Origin: Octopus sinensis
Lineage: Eukaryota
Assembly: GCF_006345805.1 (NCBI RefSeq)
Contig: NW_021826547.1
Coordinates: 1 to 12,737 of the forward strand
Reading direction: 5' to 3'
DNA: 12,737 nt
Shown here: piece after piece, positions 7,615 through 12,737 of the stretch
Layout: the number at the start of each line of letters is the position of its first letter
How positions within the stretch are numbered: position 1 is the stretch's first letter
Notes under the pieces: generated by a model
Told to the model about the DNA's origin: nothing
Databases searched by the model: none
What the model saw: the letters and a program-made list of their open reading frames with translations, nothing else
Translations under genes and position numbers: made by a program

Positions 7615-8419
7615 CTAGCAGTATCACCCGGCGTTGCTTTAGAATTGGAATTTTTGAAAAGTAAACATTTTGCATTATGTAGCTTGTTATTCTCTTTAAG
7701 TGAACATTTTTCTGGTTGAAATACACCAAAAATGGTGACAGTCAAAAAATCGTAAAAAAATTGGGATTTTCATAGAAAAAAAGCACCTTTTTGATGGAAA
7801 TAATTTTTGGTGTTAACATGGTCCGATTTGAATTTTTTCTTCTACGAAAGGAAGAGCAAGCCTTCTTCTCATACTCTCAATTTTGGTCAACTTGCGCCGC
7901 AGGGTCTCGGAGGAGATAGTGTTGGTTGAAGGCTACCAAACCTGGCATACACAGACAACTTCAGCTTTATATATATAGATAATTGGTATGTGTTCACAAA
8001 GTACAAACGATTAATACGAAAAAACCCTCCAGGCTACATCCCGAAAATTCATTTCTTTGCCGAATTTCTACAATGTTTACGGTGATTCGTTTTTATATCT
8101 TGATTTTTTATTTTTCATGCAATTTACGCAATCTTGCACACGTGGTGAACACAGTTCACGTCAAACAGCTGACTGAGTAAAGTTCACTATTCAATGAATG
8201 GGATAAGGCCTAAACAAATACATTATCGATTTTTGCACTGGCGAGATGAATTTCGGAACAGAAATAGCGCAGTTCAATTTTCATTCGCCTAAACTTTAAG
8301 TGACCCATTTTTGGTGGTTCTACGATTTGTTGGCTAGGAGGAGATGTGCCGGGAAGTTAAACACACAGACACACACAGACACAAACACAGACACACAAGT
8401 TGAGTTTTATATATATAGA
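7615..8419 (-). mobile_element. Composite non-autonomous Helitron (one CTAG 3' end, two TC 5' ends)
   Basis: The minus strand ends ...gcaacgccgggtgatactgCTAG|T (7615-7618). It has 5' ends A|TCTATATATATAAA at 7979 and 8419, each followed by a TG/TGTC-rich tract and atctcctcc. The A|T target fits Helitron rules. The 3' hairpin is not intact. Confidence 0.7.
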
Positions 8420-8740
8420 TTTTGAATAGAGCGCAATCACTCATTATTCTTAAATAATTTATAAATAAAAAACACGAATTTTTTGTTTTTATCTTTTTCA
8501 CCTTTTCACCGACGCCATATTGTCTAGATAATCTGAATGTGAATATATAAAAATAATTATTAGTGTTTTCCTAGTATTAGAATGTTCGGTGCATTTTTTT
8601 ATGTTTTTATTGCTTCGTTTCGTTTATTTTCCTGTCTGCTGTTCGCTGTAACTTTACGTCTTCGTTATCAATTTATTTGTATTTATTTTAGTTGGATGCA
8701 CTGGCATTTTGTATATATAATATATATATAATAATATATA

Positions 8741-8771
<31 letters not shown>

Positions 8772-9074
8772 ATTATATTATAATATATATATACTTATAA
8801 AAAAAGTGGGGCTGTGACTTCGAAGTCTCAGCCGTCTTGTATTTGTCTAACTGTGTTGTTCTTCGCTTTAATGTTAAATTGTTCTTATTATAAATCGGCA
8901 TGAAACCAAATAGCCTTCTTTCTTTCTTTCTTTCTTTCTTTTTCTCCCTCTCTCTCTATCTATAATACACACGTATACATACATGCATGCATGCATACAC
9001 ACATTACGGTGACCTATCTGGCGGGAACCAAAACTAATAAAAACAAAAAGAAAAAAACAAAAACAAAATAAAAA

Positions 9075-9322
9075 GCACGATATAAAGATTTATTAAAAGT
9101 CTTGGAGAGTTGAATATGCCGAACCAATTGAATCTTGGCAGAAATAAATAGTAAAAAAAACCTGGTCTGGGGTAAAATATTTTGAAGAACGAATTAACGT
9201 ATGCCTAAAGGCAGCAAAAAAAAAAAAAGCTACGGAAAAAAACCCACAGAAATATTGCACAACGTGTAGGAGGTAAAACTTGCTTTCTGAGGCTGGCTTA
9301 ACTTCACATGTCAGAAGTTATC
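9075..9322 (+). pseudogene. Decayed RTE-clade LINE ORF C-terminus
   Basis: With stops and frameshifts it reads ARYKDLLK...ILAE...FEER...KKKKLRK...YCTTCRR*NLLSEAGLTSHVRS. This matches the RYKD...FEE...CxxC...GLxSHxR end of RTE/BovB-type ORFs. Confidence 0.7.
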
Positions 9323-9549
9323 TGTTGTAGTTGGCTCAAGTAACAAAATGATCATTTCAGCAGACACGCTCAGCGGCTATTTGTAAAATATTATCAAACA
9401 AACTAAAATACCAAATCATAGTAAAATGTAACACAGACACAGCGCAACAAATACCTCGTACACTATATTTTTTTTACAAATGCATAAAATTACGCAGAAA
9501 ATATGAAGTAAAGACATTAGCACAAACGCCGTAATACATCAAATCATAA

Positions 9550-9686
9550 AGTTCTATATTTAACAGATGAGGAATTATGTACATTATTTACATTATCTAC
9601 ATTATTTACATTTTAGACGGATATTTGTCCCACCAACAAACAAGATGAGAACTATCCGTCAAATGAACATAATGTAAACGATGTAA
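9550..9686. mobile_element. Short fold-back built from family E pseudo-LTR ends (no HHR core retained)
   Basis: 9550-9630 matches 2526-2594 directly. 9635-9686 (aacaaacaagatgagaactatccgtcaaatg...ataatgtaaa) matches the reverse complement of the same element. Confidence 0.75.
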
Positions 9687-9758
9687 TGATCAAGTCATAA
9701 AATCGAATAACATCTTGCAAAATGCGTGAAAAATAATTTGAAATGTCTTAATAATAAC

Positions 9759-10084
9759 AAACCCAGCTCATCATGCTTTTAATAGCAGCAAGCAAAGACG
9801 TATCAACCACGGCTCATCGTGCCTGTAGCAGAAGCATGTAAACCTGGCTCAATATGTGTTTACTAAATACGTATAAACTCGGATCACTACGAATATAATC
9901 GAGGCTTGTAAACCCAGCTCAACATGCCTTTACATGAAGCAGGTAATTCCAGTCCACCATGCATTTAGCAGAAGCATGTAAGCATGGATCATTATGCATT
10001 TACTAGAAGGACATAATCCCGGTTCATAGTGTGTTTACTAGAAGTATGTAAGATCAGGTCATCATGCATACAGTAGAAGCATGC
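9759..10084. repeat. Degenerate 35-bp minisatellite, 9 units
   Basis: Unit starts at 9759, then 9805, 9840, 9875, 9910, 9945, 9980, 10015 and 10050. Consensus is approximately aaacccggctcatcatgcatttactagaagcatgt. Confidence 0.85.
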
Positions 10085-10091
10085 AGTAAAA

Positions 10092-10490
10092 GGCGGTGAG
10101 CTGGCAGAAACGTTAGCACGCCGGGCGAAATGCTTAGCGGTATTTCGTCTGCCGTTACGTTCTGAGTTCAAATCCCACCGAAGTCGACTTTGCCTTTCAT
10201 CCTTTCGGGGTCGATTAAATAAGTACCAGTTACGCACTGGGGTCGATATAATCAACTTAATCCGTTTGTCCGTCCTTGTTTGCCCTCTTTGTGTTTAGCC
10301 CCTTGTGGGTAGTAAAGAAATAGGTATTTCGTCTGTCTTTATGTTCTGAGTTCAAATTCCGCCGAGGTTGACTTTGCCTTTCATCGTTTCGGGTTCGATA
10401 AATTAAGTACCAGCTGCGTACTGGGCTCGATATAATCGACTGACCCCCTCCCCCAAAATTTCGGGCCTTGTGTCTAGAGTAGAAAAGAAT
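10092..10490 (+). mobile_element. tRNA-derived SINE, one head plus two body units
   Basis: Head ggcggtgagctggcagaaacgttagc; B-box-like gagttcaaatccc; conserved gtcgactttgcctttcatcctttcggggtcga core. Body units start at 10139 and 10323. Confidence 0.85.
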
Positions 10491-10659
10491 AGTTATCGAA
10501 TGCATTTTGAAAGATTCCATGTTGGATCTGCCGTAGAAATGATGTTTATATTTATTTCTGGTAACGGTACGAAGCTGCATCATTTGCTGTTGTTGTTCTT
10601 ATTGTCGTTGTTGTAGTGTTGATACTTTAATCGCATCTGTTTTGTATTCCAACACCAAA

Positions 10660-11135
10660 GTCAAGAGTAACGAATGCAATGAGGACGACAACAGGATGAA
10701 GAAGAAGAGGAAGAGAAAAAGGATAAGAAGAAGAAGGGGAAAGAGAAGTAGAAGACGAAGAAGATGATAAGAATGGAGAATGTAGAGGACAAAGAAGAGG
10801 GAAAAGAAAAAAGAAGAGGGAGGAGACAAAGAAGTAGTAAAACAAAGGAAAAGGAAGGAAAGAAGGAGAAAGAAAACAACAGAGAAGAGGAAGAGGAATT
10901 CAAAAGAAGGAGAAAAAGAAGATAAAGAAGTAAAGGCAAAGAAGAAAAAGAGGAAGAAAAAGAAAAGGAAAATACGAAGAAGGTGATAAGAAGACGAGGA
11001 AGAAAAGACAAAGAAGAGAGTAAAAAAGATGACAAAGAATAAGAAGAGAAGATAATGAAGAGGATAAAGAAGAAGGGAAAATAAGAAAAAGAAAACAAAG
11101 AAGAAATAGAAAGAAAGAGAGGAAGAAGAAAAAGC
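10660..11135. repeat. Degenerate (AAG)n/purine-rich low-complexity tract
   Basis: Almost only A and G on the plus strand; explains four overlapping F/L/S-rich minus-strand ORFs. Confidence 0.9.
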
Positions 11136-11461
11136 TAGTATAAAGAACCAACGTATATAATACTCAAAACTCATTGTCTTAATAGGTTAAGATGAAGCAC
11201 TTTGCGAAGATGGGTAAATAGCCTCAATCCGTTTCAGGCTTCTTTTTGTTTGAAGACAGGATTGCTTAACTATTGACTGTCTGATTGTAAGAAATATTTA
11301 CTCGAAAATTAAAAGCCGTATAGAATATGTTTTCTTTAGTTCAGCTCTGTTTCATGATTACAGAATATATACGGCTTCGTGTCCTCCAGGTCAACTTCGA
11401 CCTTTATTTGTATCGAGGGATTTATTTTATTTACATTACATTACATTTTTTTTTTTACATA

Positions 11462-11843
11462 GGCGTAGGAGTGACTGTGTGGTAAGTAGCTTGCTTACGA
11501 ACGACATGGTTCAGGGTTCAGTCCCACTGCGTGGCACCTTGGGTAAGTGTCTTCTACTATAGCCTCGGGCCGACCAAAGCCTTGTAAGTGGATTTGGTAG
11601 ACGGAAACTGAAAGAAGCCCGTCATATCTATGTATATGTGTATACGTTTGTGTGTCTGTGTTTGTCTCCCCAACATCGCTTGACAACCGATGCTGGTGTG
11701 TTTACGTCGCCGTAAAAGAGACCGATAGAATAAGTACTAGGCTTACAAAGAATAAGTCCTGGGGTCGATTTGCTCGACTAAAAGCGGTGCTCCAGCAAGG
11801 CCACGGTCAAATGACTGAAACAAGTAACAGAGTAAAGAGTAAA
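11462..11843 (+). mobile_element. tRNA-derived CORE-type SINE (same family as 5374-5776)
   Basis: A-box gtgactgtgtggtaag, B-box ggttcagtccc, ggcaccttgggtaagtgtctt core, gcggtgctccagc...gactgaaacaagtaa tail. Confidence 0.85.
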
Positions 11844-11875
11844 TAGTAACTGTTACTTCTTATGGCTGCATTTAA

Positions 11876-12087
11876 AACGGTGATCTGGCAGATCCATTAG
11901 CACGGTGGACAACGTGCTTACCAGCATTTCGTACGCTATTACGTTCTGAGTTCAAATTCAACTAAAGAGTTCAAATTCCCTTTTTTACCTTTCGGAAATT
12001 AATTGGGTAAGTGCCTGTCAAGTACTGGAATCAATACAATCGATTTAATCCTCGCTCGAAATCTACCAGAATTTGAAACCACTATTT
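11876..12087 (+). mobile_element. Old, diverged copy of the 10092/12101 SINE family
   Basis: acggtgatctggcagatccattagcacg...acgttctgagttcaaattc...gtactggaatcaatacaatcga aligns loosely to the younger copies. Confidence 0.65.
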
Positions 12088-12100
12088 ATAGTTGCATTAG

Positions 12101-12694
12101 GGCGGCGAGCTGGCAGATACGTTAGCACACCGGGCGAAATGCTTAGCGGTATTTCGTCTGCCGTTACGTTCTGAGTTCAAATTCCGCCGTGGTCGACTTT
12201 GCCTTTCATCCTTTCGGGGTCGATAAATTAAGTACTAGTTACGCACTGGGGTCGATATAATCGACTTTGTCCGTTTGTCTGTCCTTGTTTGTCCTCTCTG
12301 TGTTTAACCCCTTGTGGGTAGTAAAGAAATAGGTATTTCGTCTGCCGCTACGTTCTGAGTTCAAATTCCGCCGAGGTCGATTTTGCCTTTCATCCTTTCG
12401 GGGTCGATAAATCAAGTACCAGTTACGCACTGGGGTCGATATAATCAACTTAATCCGTTTGTCTGTCCTTGTTTATCCTCTCTTTTTAGCCCCTTGTGGG
12501 TAGTAAAGAAATGCGTATTTCGTCTGCCGTTATGTTCTGAGTTCAAATTCCGCCGAGGTCGACTTTGCCTTTCATCCTTTCGGGGTCGATGAATCAAGTA
12601 CCAGTTACGCACTGGGGTCGATATAATCGACTTAATCCGTTTGTCTGTCCTTGTTTGTCCTCTCTGTGTCTAGCCCCTTGTGGATAATAAAGAC
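12101..12694 (+). mobile_element. tRNA-derived SINE, one head plus three tandem ~183-bp body units
   Basis: Head at 12101; units start at 12148, 12332 and 12514 (periods 184 and 182), each ending ccccttgtgg(g/a)ta(g/a)taaaga. Confidence 0.9.
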
Positions 12695-12737
12695 AGATAT
12701 ATGCTACTCAGCCATTACTAGATATTTCTGATCTGGT

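Noticed and set aside
63-7745. ORFs rich in YI/HT/CV/FLS/ER (63, 4285, 4410, 5995-6251, 7202-7745)
   Set aside because: They are translations of TA, CA, TG, TTTC and TC microsatellites.
8810-8833. Hairpin ggctgtgacttcgaagtctcagcc as a terminator or Helitron end
   Set aside because: No U-tract or CTRR terminus follows; isolated short palindrome.
9759-10084. CRISPR array
   Set aside because: Units are directly adjacent and degenerate with no unique spacers; eukaryotic context and no cas genes.
10599-11174. 191-aa hydrophobic minus-strand ORF and overlapping ORFs (membrane-protein look)
   Set aside because: Artefact of an AAG-rich tract that lacks stops on the pyrimidine strand; open in several frames at once.
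10092-12200. tRNA genes at 10092, 11462 and 12101 (and 5776, minus)
   Set aside because: A/B-box heads run into SINE cores and tails; no complete cloverleaf is evident.
9992-12592. Repeated 'MIISTPVRNWYL' ORFs (9992, 10257, 12239) suggesting a peptide family
   Set aside because: Antisense translations of SINE body units.

Overview
Non-coding, AT-rich, repeat-dense animal genomic DNA. The SINE families and microsatellite style suggest an octopus; this is inferred from recalled repeat families, not from a search. I can support no intact protein-coding gene, and most listed ORFs are microsatellite or low-complexity artefacts. Ordinary content includes (TA)n/(CA)n/(TTTC)n/(AAG)n tracts, 3' fragments of a CR1/L2-like and an RTE-like LINE, three tRNA-SINE-type families and a composite non-autonomous Helitron. 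The main signal lies between ~2.0 and 6.0 kb. Four sequence-unrelated fold-back elements (2825-3248, 3918-4305, 4600-4875, 5780-5979) each consist of two inverted copies of a type I hammerhead-ribozyme-like (HHR) motif, always pointing outward. Two further HHR families occur at 2001-2090 and 2613-2658. They are best read as inverted pseudo-LTRs of Penelope-like elements (PLEs) that mimic MITEs. Also notable are an indel-free 35-bp array with an internal dyad (9805-10084) and SINEs whose ~183-bp bodies are tandemly amplified behind a single head.
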